Shown in pieces: positions 12,560 to 24,500 of a DNA stretch of 64,000 nt. Position 1 is the first letter of the stretch; every line of letters begins with the position of its first letter. The notes beneath the pieces are model-generated. The model was not told the origin of the DNA, made no database searches, and saw only the letters and a list, made by a program, of their open reading frames with translations. Position numbers and translations under genes: made by a program. Source of the DNA: Okamejei kenojei (lineage: Eukaryota); the NCBI GenBank assembly GCA_035221665.1, contig CM069164.1, positions 15,128,001 to 15,192,000 on the forward strand, given 5' to 3'.

Positions 12560-15500
12560 CTAATCGAAGAAAAACATGACATTTTTAATTGAAAATGAAG
12601 TTTAGTAGGTTGTGCCAGTTGGTGACCACACGTGGATTGCACATACTAGCAAGAGTTAAGTTCAGCACTGTGTTGTGATTATACATTAACATCCAGCTAA
12701 AAGAATCCATATTCAACACTCAATTCACAGCCCGAGCCAGCAAATGTTAGGGACATTATCGTTGCCTTTCTACTGCTGTCCTTTAAAGTGTTGCCATGAG
12801 ATCTGTCTTGCTTCCATTGAGGGAGCAGACAGGACATGATTTTAACATTTTTTCCTAAAAAACTACTCAATTAACACAAAATGAACTGACCTTGATTTGT
12901 TGCTCTATCTTGTAGGATGTCTGCTGGAATTGTCTGATTTCTCGGATTATGTGAGATATCTGTTAATGTAAACCATGGATGAAAATGCATTCCACAATCA
13001 ATCGTGCTTACAGAGTCTTCCAATAACTTTTCAAAGCCAGTTAACAGCTGAATAAATCTATGTATGTCTAAATATCGTGTGTAGCATAACGTCATAATAA
13101 GAAAAAGGGCTATTCATTTATCCTGTAGGTTACCCCTGTACAAGACATATTATCAAATATTTACAATTCCATTGAGTTTAGAACCTTTGGAGCCCTCGTC
13201 TTTTTCCTCAGCAATCCCTTAAGATGAAGGATAATCTTCGTCCACTCCATTTCCGTGGGTTATAGGATGTCTGATGAGTACCACATAGTTCTACATAGAA
13301 GGTTTTCTAAAAACATTCACTGCTCTTTGAAATCTTTGTGCAACTTACAAAAACGTTGTAATTTGTGTGCCAATTGCATCCCTCATTCTCTCCTGTTCTG
13401 CAGAATTCAACTGAATCCACATTTCACCTCTGAAATTTACCTAGTGAAAGATTTTTTTAAAGCATGGTTGAATTTTCAATGCCTGCTGATATGACTGAGT
13501 AAACCATTCAGTTTAAGGACAAGTTTGGGTAACAAATGTCAGTCTTACCAGCACCATGTGATTCTGAAAAATGAATTTTTAAAATATTCTGAAGCACTGA
13601 ACTGTAAATGCTGAAAATCTGAAGTTAAAGTAGAAAATACAGCAAATGGTCAGAGCATCATAAAGGTTGGACAAAAGATCAACCCACCTGAAATGTTATT
13701 TCTTTCTCCACTAGTGCTTCCTATTTTATGTATTGCTAGCATTTTCTGTTAAAAAGTTATAATTGTATGGATTTTCTGGTACATTTATAGCATTGTAAAA
13801 TGATCCACTATTGTGCTTGGTGTATTAGTCAGTGAAATGGAAATGAGTCCTGTTCTGATCCATTCCGACAATTTCTGAGTGCAGGTAGATGGGACTAGGG
13901 GAAAACAAATGGTCGGCACGGACTGGAAGGGCCGAGAGGGCCTGTTTCCGTGCTGTAATTGTTATATGGTTATATGGTTATATGGTTAATGTGGATTTTT
14001 AAATGTTTTTTTTTAATCTGCCAACTCATAAACAGTGCAAAGGAAACAAAATTAAAATGAGGCCATTGATGGTTCAGATACAATAGGAGCGCTCAGTTAG
14101 CAACTGCAGTATTTGAGAGCACCAGAATCCTATAATTTGCAACTCCAAGGAAATTGATACCTGTCACAGGGAAAGTCATCATAAGGTTTCTCCACAACTG
14201 CCTCCCACCACTAGCTATAAAGAGCTGCTTTCAAATTACAGTGCGAGTTCCGTACATGTGGAGGTACAATGGACGTGATCTTCACTGCTTGATGAATCCA
14301 AGAGAAACAGATGGAACAACATCAACCACGGTACATGGCCTTTCTTGAACTCATAAATCCTTTTGATTCCATTAATTAAAAGGATTGGTGAAGAATTGTT
14401 CTTGGATGTGGCTGCCCTCAGTAATGTATATATGTTGCAGATGCATAGGAGATGTGATTCTAACCAATGAGTCTGCAACAGATCCAGCCTTGATTAATAC
14501 TGGATGGAGCTAGGCTTTAGTGCAATGCTCCTATTGCCACATAGCCCCTTTCCAAGCAATATCACAGGATAATCAGTACCCTCTGCAATCAACGCCTTCA
14601 GTAATGGAGAGGACCACTAGTGGCAGATGACATCTATCTCTTTGGTTCTCCAGTCAAATAGTTTCATTTCGATCTCTTTAATGAAAATGGGTTTGGGGAA
14701 AATTGGAAACCATCTCTGCGTTATGAGTTAGTCTTCCCCCAGCATGCTATATTTATTACATAAGACCTACCACATCATCTGCCAGAAAACAAGATGCAGC
14801 AGAGTGAGACATGATTAAACAAAGGAGATCTTCTGACATACCATTCTCATCTTGGAAAAGTTGACTAAGCCATCTTCAGCATAATTGGGTGTCCCTTCCT
14901 CAATGAATGCCAGGTCGGTCAGGTACATTCCCAAGTAAGGAACACACGGAGGATCACAACTTCAGACAACAACAAAAAAAGTTGTTGGTTAAACATTAAA
15001 CCTTAGCACATATACATAGGAAAGAAAAATAGTAAGAATAGGATTTCACTGAGCAATATATAAAGGCCAGGACACCTAGGAGAATTCTCCTGCTATTTTT
15101 CAAAGAAAGACCATGAGATTGTTTATGTCCATTAACAGGAACAGATATAGCTTGGGTTTCATGTCTCATCTGGAAGATTACATAGCTGCCGGTATATTTC
15201 TCTCTCAGGATTGTACCGGTGCATCAGTCTAGATCAGTGGTTCTTAACCTGGGGCCTATTGGGGTCATTTGGGGCTTTGCCGGGGGTCATGAAGGGGACA
15301 CAAATAACATATCAATTTGTTGAGCCCATGTTTAGGAACCTAACAAAGGTTACATACCACATACAGTATTTTGTTCACATATGCGCGTACTGGTGCCAAA
15401 AAGGTTAAGAACCACTGGTCTAGATCTTTCCCCTCAAGTGGAGCTTGAACCCACAACGTCTGATTTCGAGTCAAGAATGCTTTCTGCCGGCTGACACTTA

Positions 15501-18500
15501 AAAAATGGACATCTAGAAAATGTATCTGATGTATTCTAATTCCTATTAGAGTATTTAATATCTGTTTGAGAATGGAAACATACTTTTTCAGTGCCTCCCG
15601 GAGATTTTTGAATCGTCCTTCAGAAGACACCAGTTTTTGCAGCTTGTCAATTAATGCTTTGGTCTGGAACAAGAGAGGAGAATCTGATCACAGGTCTGGC
15701 CATCTGCACCTAAAGCCACTTAATTACTAAAAGAAATCCCCATCCACATTGTCCCCATCCACCCACCTGCTTTGATACTTTCAGCCATGTTTTTTTCAGC
15801 CGGAAGATGGCACTTCTGTTCAGTGCTGAGGTTATCACCAGCACGGCATTGTAATTGTGTAGACACTTGCAGATGTCCGCCACTGCCACCCATTTCTCAA
15901 TGGCTGCTGTTCGGACATTCACGTCATCACTCTTCAGAATCTCTGAAGCAATTAAGTTGCTGATCTGAGGAGAACAGTAAGAAGGTAACATTACCATCAA
16001 AGTATTAACCATTGAACATTAGGCTCTTAAACCACACTACACAACCCTAACCACAACCTTACCATGATAACAACCTACCATGGACTCGGTATCCATTGCA
16101 CAACATACTTCTTTTTTGTACTATTATGGTATTATTTTCCCAATTTGCTTAAAATTTAATGGAAAACTGTTTGAACTAAAAACCTTTTTGAAATAATGAG
16201 ATGAAGGAAGATATGAAGCAAGTCAGGTGGAGGAGAACTCTCTGTTAGAAGTAGGTAAAGGAAGTTTAAGATTACTCCATGCTGGGAATCAGGAGGGGCT
16301 GGCATGTAAAAATAATGTCAAATTGATGAGTTTAGCAATAAGATAGCTCTCTTACAACATGCGGAGTGTCACTCATTGTCTTGGGAATATATCTGTATCA
16401 GCTGGGGGTATATTCTATATTAGCTGGGGGATTTTAAAATAAGTACTCGATTCTCAGGAGGTTTTTATGTCACTTGACAATTCCTAAATGCAACGTTCTA
16501 ATGCTCAGAGCATGTCGACATTACTATTCCATTACATCACGCCAGATCTTATTTATCCAAAGAAGCTTAATTCATCTCAACTTCATTGAGCCTTGCACTC
16601 AAGACAAAGGACACTTCAGTGCAGAAACACAATGTCTACAGTTTGTTCAATGGCTGCACTCACATCATTGAAATGTTTGGTGGTTTTCATAATGTAGGGT
16701 GCTCTCTCGTTCTTCTCAGGTTTCATCCAACCTTGACCAAAAAATTCCCTGCATAGAAAACGAAGTGAACATTTTATTCTGTGATATTTTCTGATTAACG
16801 TTTTCCTGCATCTTGTAACGTTGACATTTTTCTTTAGCTAAGGGGAGATTGAGAGACAAATCAATAGGGATATTTAAATTGCAAACACCATTTTTAGGAT
16901 GGAGCAGAGAAGGTGCTTGTAGCTGTTAAGAGAAAAGAAAAATTAAAGGCCATCTCTAGAGCCCGATCAATGATCCAGATGGGCCAAAAGGTCCATCTCT
17001 GACCAATAAATTACATGAATTAGTATTCAGCTCGCTTGTACACCAACAAAGCTTTAGGTTATCTGCAGAAAATAGTGTTTGAAGATTAACACCCACAAAC
17101 ATACCATCATGTTCATGATCCACAGTGCAGCATTGGTATCCACCCTCCTTTATGCCTAGTACGTAGACTACTAAATCTGACACAGATCTGACTCCAGCTA
17201 AATCTTCTTAGTCCATTAGATGATAGGCAAGCTGATTCTGAACTTCTCCCAGTGCAATGATCGCAACATCAACGTCTGGAGGTTTCATCACCAAGTAATT
17301 TTGTTTACGTACTCAGAACATGCCCTCTACCTCATATTCTATCACAGTAAGAGAGTAACTAGACTGAGAAAATGCTTCAAGGATGTTGAAATACAACATC
17401 CACACCAACTCCTGGGAATCCTTGTCTTATGACTGACAAGCATATTGAAGGAGCATTCAGGAAGGCACTGAGCACTCAGTGTCTCTTTGTAGGCGCAAAG
17501 AGAAGCCAAACAAACCAATGAAGGAGTACACATTTCCCATACTACCCAACCAGCTGCCCTGTCAAACACCTGAAGATCCCACAGAAACCTCATCGGCCAC
17601 TTCTGTACTGACATGAAGGAAGTCTAAAAAGAAGGAAGTGACTTACTCATATGGAATGCACCCAAAGACCAGGTGGTCCAACAAAGTCAGCTCTTCAGCT
17701 ATCTCCAGGGCAGAAAGATTCTCAAAAGTCTCTGCTTCCGTCTTTTCAAAGAGGAGGAAAAATTATGGAATTTTAATATAAAGGTTGTAAAGCACAGAAA
17801 CCCTCAAACCGGAGAGAAAAAATGATACCAACCGTGTTCATAATCTCTTCCATAGGGATTTGGTAATATCCTGGGTCGCCTTCATTCAGTGTCCTAGAAA
17901 TTGGAAATGCCATGTTATTAAACACAGGAAGATGGCAAGTCTTTAAAATACTAAGGGGGTGGGCGAGGAAGTACATTTAGCACAGAGATACAAGTGCAAA
18001 ATCCAGAAAGAGCTTCATTAAAACAAATGTATTTTCCCTATGGAGAGACGTCCACTGACCTTATACCTGTACTCACACCAATGATGAGCAGCTCCACCAC
18101 CTTGTACCTGCTGGAGTCGTGGCATTGGGTGGTGGAGTCAAAGACATTCACAACAAGCCACCCATTTCCACAATGGTTGAAATCAATAATCAAAATGGAT
18201 TTAAGAGGAATCTAGGTAAACAAATGACTAATGAAATAAAGGATATGGTAGTGGGGAAAGGGCCAAGGATTGGCAGGGGTGTTTAAGGAGGAACAGGAAC
18301 ACCTGCCGAAACCAGATGCCAAATGGTCAGTTTCACAATTGCAGGTTCTGAGGAGTATCACCTGGTTCACCCTGAAGAAGTATCCCTTCCATGAAGTATT
18401 CCGCATTACGATTTCATCGTTTTGTACCTGCATATTTTTGTTGGAGTAAAATCCTGCTTAGGAGAACTTGCCTGATGATGTTAGCTGCTGCTTTCCTCTC

Positions 18501-21500
18501 TTGAGTTAGCAATTCAGGGTCATGAATAACTTCCTCCAGAAAAACAATCACTTTGGTTTTTAACTCGATGTTTGCTTCAAAATCCTATAGATGAAGAACA
18601 TTTGACATTTAATATTTCTGGGACTCCCATTACAAAAACTGTGACTAAATTTCCCATCAAAACCCTGACAACGCTGTGCCATATGCATCGTATGGTGGGA
18701 TGGCTGACATTATAAAGCACCTTTCACATTTTAGGAATGACCCAAATGGACTTCAGCCATTCTTTAAAATATAGTCACTGCTTTTTTTGTGACAATCCCA
18801 ATAGTCTAACTGGATGAACAAAGATCTCATAAGTATCAATGAAGCAAATTATTTTTTTGTGGTAGATCGATTTTTTGTGGTAGATTGATGGATTAATTTC
18901 AGCAGTGGGATATTTTACAATTAGTGTCCGGGATACTTTAACCCAAATGGGTGGCTGTGAGTCCTACATGGTAATTGATTCCAAGGAAAACAATTTTGAG
19001 AAATACGCTGCCATTTCTGTACTGTTTCTTCCAAGAGAAAGCCTGGGAAAAGCTGTAGTGGTCCTTGCTGAGGTTTTCCGTGATCAGCTGTGTACCAGAG
19101 GACTTTGTGATCCATGGGTTGTCTGCAGGAATGCACACTGAGATAACATAAATCGCCTCTGGAAAATAATTAACTTGGTGAAAGGCACACTTTGGTCAGC
19201 TTGAAACCGATTGAACTTCCAGGGTGAAATGCCCATAAGCAAATTCTGCCAACTGGTACATACCAGGGTGCAAGGGTATGTGCTGAACGTCAGTGCAGAC
19301 ACCACAAAGGCTCTGTGGAGGGCCCAGCTGCCACTGGGGTGCTGTGCTTGTGTAACAGCCTATCAAAGGCCCCACAGCTACACTGTTCAAGGAAGAAACA
19401 TGACTGGCATGGACACATTGTAAGAGAACGTATAGGATCGATGGTAAAATGAATGTAAGGAAAACAAGAAAACTGTATGAAGTATACTTATTGTAACATA
19501 TGCAAATTGGTGAGTATATTTCTCATACTGCTACAGTATCTAGACTTTAAAAGTATTTCATTGTGAATGAGAAATATCCTACTGCAGCACTTTGCAGAGC
19601 AGGAGCAGAGACTCTGGCTTCCCTTGCCCTGTGGTACCCACATTGGAATGTTATACTCCTGTGCAGTTGGACAATCGCACACCAGGATACCAGGCGTGCA
19701 ATTAAACTCTTCTGCCTTTATCATTTCCCAAACACTTAAATCAAATGCTCTTGTCTGGTTCCTGACAGTGGCCACAGCAGAGAAGGGGAACCTCTGTCAT
19801 CTGTTCAGTGATTGCATCTTATCTGATCCAATGCAGCTTGCAAGGCGAGCCAAGATTGTACCTCAGATCAATGAGACCACTGTATGAGAGAATCCTCTGA
19901 TACACCTTGTTTAACAGCAAGGAACAGTGGAACAATAACATTCCAAAGAACCGATCACAAGTTTTATGGAAATAATACCTGGAGTGGACCTACTCGGTAA
20001 TACATGAACAACTTTTGAATCAAACCAGGAGGACACGACCCTCTTTTAGACACATCAAGTTCTGTTGGATACGAACATCGAAGCTAAACACTACCTGCGA
20101 ATGCTTTGAGACCCAATGCCTCAACACGTTGAGCACACGATTTGTAGCTGCTCTTCGAATGACAAATTCTTTGTCACAAATTCTCTGATCAGCAGGGAAG
20201 CCTGGAATCAATGCAAAAATCTATTCAGAAATAATAGTGAACATGAGAGATTACCTTGGCACATCATCTATTGGGAGCTGACGACTCAGCAATTGATTAT
20301 ATCTCTCCCTCTCTCACACTGGAGCTTGGCCTCCCAACTTTAGTCTGACAGAACCTGACTATCTAGGTTAGACTTGTATTAGTTATGAAAAAGATTATGC
20401 ATCTGGAGCTTAGCTCGGGTTGCAATGCTAGGCCAGATGTTTAGTTTAGTTTACAGCATGGAAAATAGGCCCTTCATCCCATCGAATCCACGCCAACCAA
20501 TGATCACTCATACACTAGTTCTATCCTACACATTAGGTATAATTTACAGAAGCCAATTAACCCATACCTGCCAACTTGTGAGATTGAAAAATCGGAATCC
20601 TATTAGTCTGACGTCAGTAAGGGGCGGGGCAGGTGACGTCAGTAAGGGGCGGGGCAAGTGACGTCAGTAAGGGGCGGGGTACGTGACGTCAGTGAGGGCG
20701 GGAAAGTGACCTCAGGGGGGTTACACAAAATGCTGGAGAAACTCAGCGGGTGCAGCAACATCTAAGGAGCGAAGGAGATAGGCGACGTTTCGGGTCGAGA
20801 CCCTTCTCAGTCTGAAGAAGGGTCTCGACCCAAAACGTCGCCTATCTCCTTCGCTCCTTAGATGCTGCTGCACCCGCTGAGTTTCTCCAGCATTTTGTGT
20901 AACCCTCGATTCTCCAGCATCTGCAGTTTCTTCGTCAACTCTCAGTTTGTGAGTGTTGGTGAGGCGGGAACGGGCTGGCCCCGACCCGACCTGACGCGCT
21001 CGCGGTCACTCACCGGGCTGACAGTCCCGGCGGCGGCGGCGGCAGCGGCGCTGAGGTGAGGTGACCGGTGAGTGTTGCCCGTCTGGGCCGGACCGGACCA
21101 TCTCTCCCTGCCCCCTCATCGCCTCTTCCCTGCCCCTGAAGTGATAATGAACGTATTTGGCTTACTACCCCACGGGATGATCGTTGATTTCCCCCTCTCC
21201 ACCCTCCTCCCCGGTGCCCACCTGACTCGCACCTACTTCTCCCCTGCGCTTCTGAGTCTAGACGCTCCAGCCGTTCCATCCCAATTCCGATTTTTTTGTC
21301 TCAATATTCCGAGAAAAAAAATCGGAAAAAAAAAACACATAGAAAGTTTCTGTGTGGTTTTTTTTCCGATTTTTTTTCTCGGAATATTGAGACAAAAAAT
21401 CGGAATTCGGAATTGGGATGGAAAAATCGGAAGAATTCCGCCCAAATCGGAATGGTTGGCAGGTATGTTAACCTACAAACCTGCACATCTTTGGAATGTA

Positions 21501-24500
21501 GGAGAAAACCGGAGCAACTGCAGAAAACCCACGCGGTCACAGGGAGAACATGCAAACTCCGTATAGACAGCATCTGTAGTCAGGTTTGAACCCGGGTCTC
21601 TGGCGCAGTAGGAAGCAAATCCACTGCAGTGCCACTGTGCCACCCTCCAGTAATCTGTGCTGAGCTATCTTTCACCATGTAGGCCATGTGCAGTGGTTTC
21701 TGTTGGGAGAAGGTTTGCTCACAATGAAAGTGTTTCAGGCCCAGCATGCCGAAAGAGGAAGAGAGAGCTGGTTTGGGTTTGGGGGGTTTCTGAGGTGAAC
21801 AGCTGTAGTGACGTTTGAGTGAAAGAGGAACTTTTAAAGTTGGGACACATCGTGAGGCCCTGTCCTGTTGGGTCTGGTAGATGCAAGCAGTGTACCTAAC
21901 ACACCTAACACAGGAATCTGAGCCGTAGCATGTTTGAGCTTGTTTAATCATGCCAACAGTCAGAAAAATATGCCAATTCCAAATCAAATTCAAATTTTAT
22001 ACCCAAACAGGTTCACTATCTCTCACCAAATCTCAGGCGAGTTAAGAATATGATAATCACAAAACATGTCTGCCCTGTCATTGAGTAAGATCATGGCTGA
22101 TTTTTTTACTTCTGTTGTCACTAACTACATATCCTTTAATTCCTTCACTGTCTATCTAGGGTCCGTTAAAGTTAAGCAAGTGGGTCGAAATAGGTCCTCA
22201 TTCATAAGTGCTCCACATGCAATACACCTGCAGCTACTTTCAAAATTCACCAGTGAAATCAGTGGAACTGAATTTCAGCAGCACTGTACAACCATGCTGT
22301 AATGTGCATTTGGAACGTGTGATTCTGCACACATTTATTTCTCTCACTTATTTTTTTTTTTAAATTCCATCTTTGGTGCCTGCCCCTTTAAATTTTATTA
22401 ATACCAGTGGAGTTACCGCTGCCATGAACTCAAATTGCTCTGCAATAGGTCAAATCCATGCACAAGTTCACAGATTCTGTGCAGTGGTTACACTCCACAC
22501 AAACCCTATCTTTACCTTTTGTTCCATTTTTAAATATATTGTCTAGCCGCAGGGTCTGGACAAGCTCATAACTTGTTCAAATTTGGATTAATATTCCTTT
22601 TTATGATAGTTTTCCTAGAAATTGACTACTGGAGATTATGGCAGATTTGCTGGGATATCGTAGCANNNNNNNNNNNNNNNNNNNNNNNNNNNNNNNNNNN
22701 NNNNNNNNNNNNNNNNNNNNNNNNNNNNNNNNNNNNNNNNNNNNNNNNNNNNNNNNNNNNNNNNNNNNNNNNNNNNNNNNNNNNNNNNNNNNNNNNNNNN
22801 NNNNNNNNNNNNNNNNNNNNNNNNNNNNNNNGGGCTGGAGAGATTCTGTAATGTAGACTCTCCCCAGTTTTTTAATTTCTATTTGCTCTTAGTCTTGCTA
22901 CTGCCCACCTTACATTGTCACATAAAATCAATTCAACTCTGTTCTCTATTGTGGTGTTATGTGGATCCTCGCTAACCATCAACTGTTACTCTGTTACCAC
23001 TGCCAACTCATCATCATCTGTGCTAATTTAGAATATTGTTCATAAGAGAATGTAATGTGTCATTTATATTTCTCACACAATCTAAGAACATTTAGCCATT
23101 TATTGATCTGATCCCAATATAACACTCTTTAAAAGAGCTGAAGGGACCTCGTGCCTCCTTTTTGATATTTCATATGAATCTAGCACCAATAAAGCACGAT
23201 TTCACTGAAAATGCATTAACTACATTAATAGTAAAAACAGGCAGAAATGCAATTTCATTTAGCTACTTGACCCACTTTCTTATTGATTAATCTTTGAAAC
23301 CGTCTTCTGCTGGCTATTAGAGTATCTATTATGTCTAGAATCAATTAACAGGGGACTCTATTATTAAAGATTCAGCATTAAGAAATCCGATCGCACATGC
23401 CAAAACCAAAGGGTACCTGCGCTGGCCAGGGACATTCTCCTGAACTTCTCCTTGGTGGGAGTGCCCTCATTGGCACCAGCCGTCGCAATGGCAAAGGCTG
23501 AGGTCGCTGACAGTGCACTACGATTGTTCTCCATCTCCCGACTGGAGGTGACTACCACTCCGTTATTGTAGGAAAACAAGGGGAACTCTGCAGAGGCAAA
23601 GAAGGTCACAGGTAATCCACAAGCCCTGGCTATTTCAATCACTCGCGTGATATATTTCAACTTATACTGGCTGTGCCAACTTACGTATACTCTGGTGTAT
23701 ATCATTCTCTAGAAAGCCATTTGTGAGAAAATGGGAATATAAAAGCTAAAAGCAGAAGAAAGCCATTTAGCCCCTCATGCCTGTTTCACCATTCAACAAG
23801 CTAATAGCTGTTGTTCCTGTGTACACTTTCTTGCAATCATCCATATCCCTTGATTCCCTCAATAACCCCCAAATTCTCTGCATTAATAGTGTTATTTTCC
23901 TGTATGAAATACAACTGCTATATAATGATGAGGTATATTATTCTTGATAAAACAGAATAATGGGACAATTATACATAAAGTAAGAGAAGTATTTAAAAAT
24001 AAAATAAAGAAATGAAAGACATAAAAAAATCCTACCTAAAATGTATGTCTGTAGAGCAGACTAGTCAGACAAGAAATACAACCTTCTGAAAAAGTATTGT
24101 AACAAATCTTTGAGTTGGAGAAAGTGCATCTGAACACATTTATGTAAATATTATTAAACAAAATTAGACACTTGCAGAAGGTGATAGTGGGGCAGGTAAC
24201 AAAATTGTTGGTTTTAAAGAACATCTTAAAGGAGGAAAGGCTTGTTAAGCAAGGGAATTCCAGATATTGGGACCTAGGGGGCTATTAATGAATAAATACA
24301 AAAAGCTAGACATGAAGAATGCAGTGGTCTCAGAGGGTCAGGGCTGAAGGTGGTGAAAATGATATGATTGTAGTGGATGGAGGTGGTCATGCTTTGTTAG
24401 AGAGCTGCAGAGGTCAGAGGTGGTTACAGTTTTTCCAAGAACTGTTGGGACTAAAGATATTACAGAGACAGGAATCCAGAGTCGGGAAAAGGTTACAGAG

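Larger units (their letters stand above)
20563..21467. mobile_element. Non-autonomous TIR DNA transposon (905 bp) with a 6-bp TSD
   Basis: TIR CATACCTGCCAAC / GTTGGCAGGTATG; TSD TTAACC at 20557-20562 and 21468-21473; removing it restores the SINE; subterminal AATCGGAA repeats. Confidence 0.88.
20438..21642 (-). mobile_element. tRNA-derived HE1-like V-SINE split by a DNA transposon (head ~21474-21642, tail ~20438-20556)
   Basis: B-box GGTTCAAACC, V-domain ggagtttgcatgttctccctgtgaccgcgtgggtttt, LINE-like tail with (CTAAA)n. Confidence 0.85.

Noticed and set aside
18905-19887. Several overlapping 65-106 aa ORFs in intron 18 as an alternative exon or internal start
   Set aside because: No homology, and no convincing in-phase splice pair.
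21072-21589. ORFs on both strands with mirrored peptides
   Set aside because: Artefact of the palindrome and the V-SINE.
21560-21642. tRNA-like A/B boxes
   Set aside because: This is a SINE head, not a cloverleaf tRNA gene.
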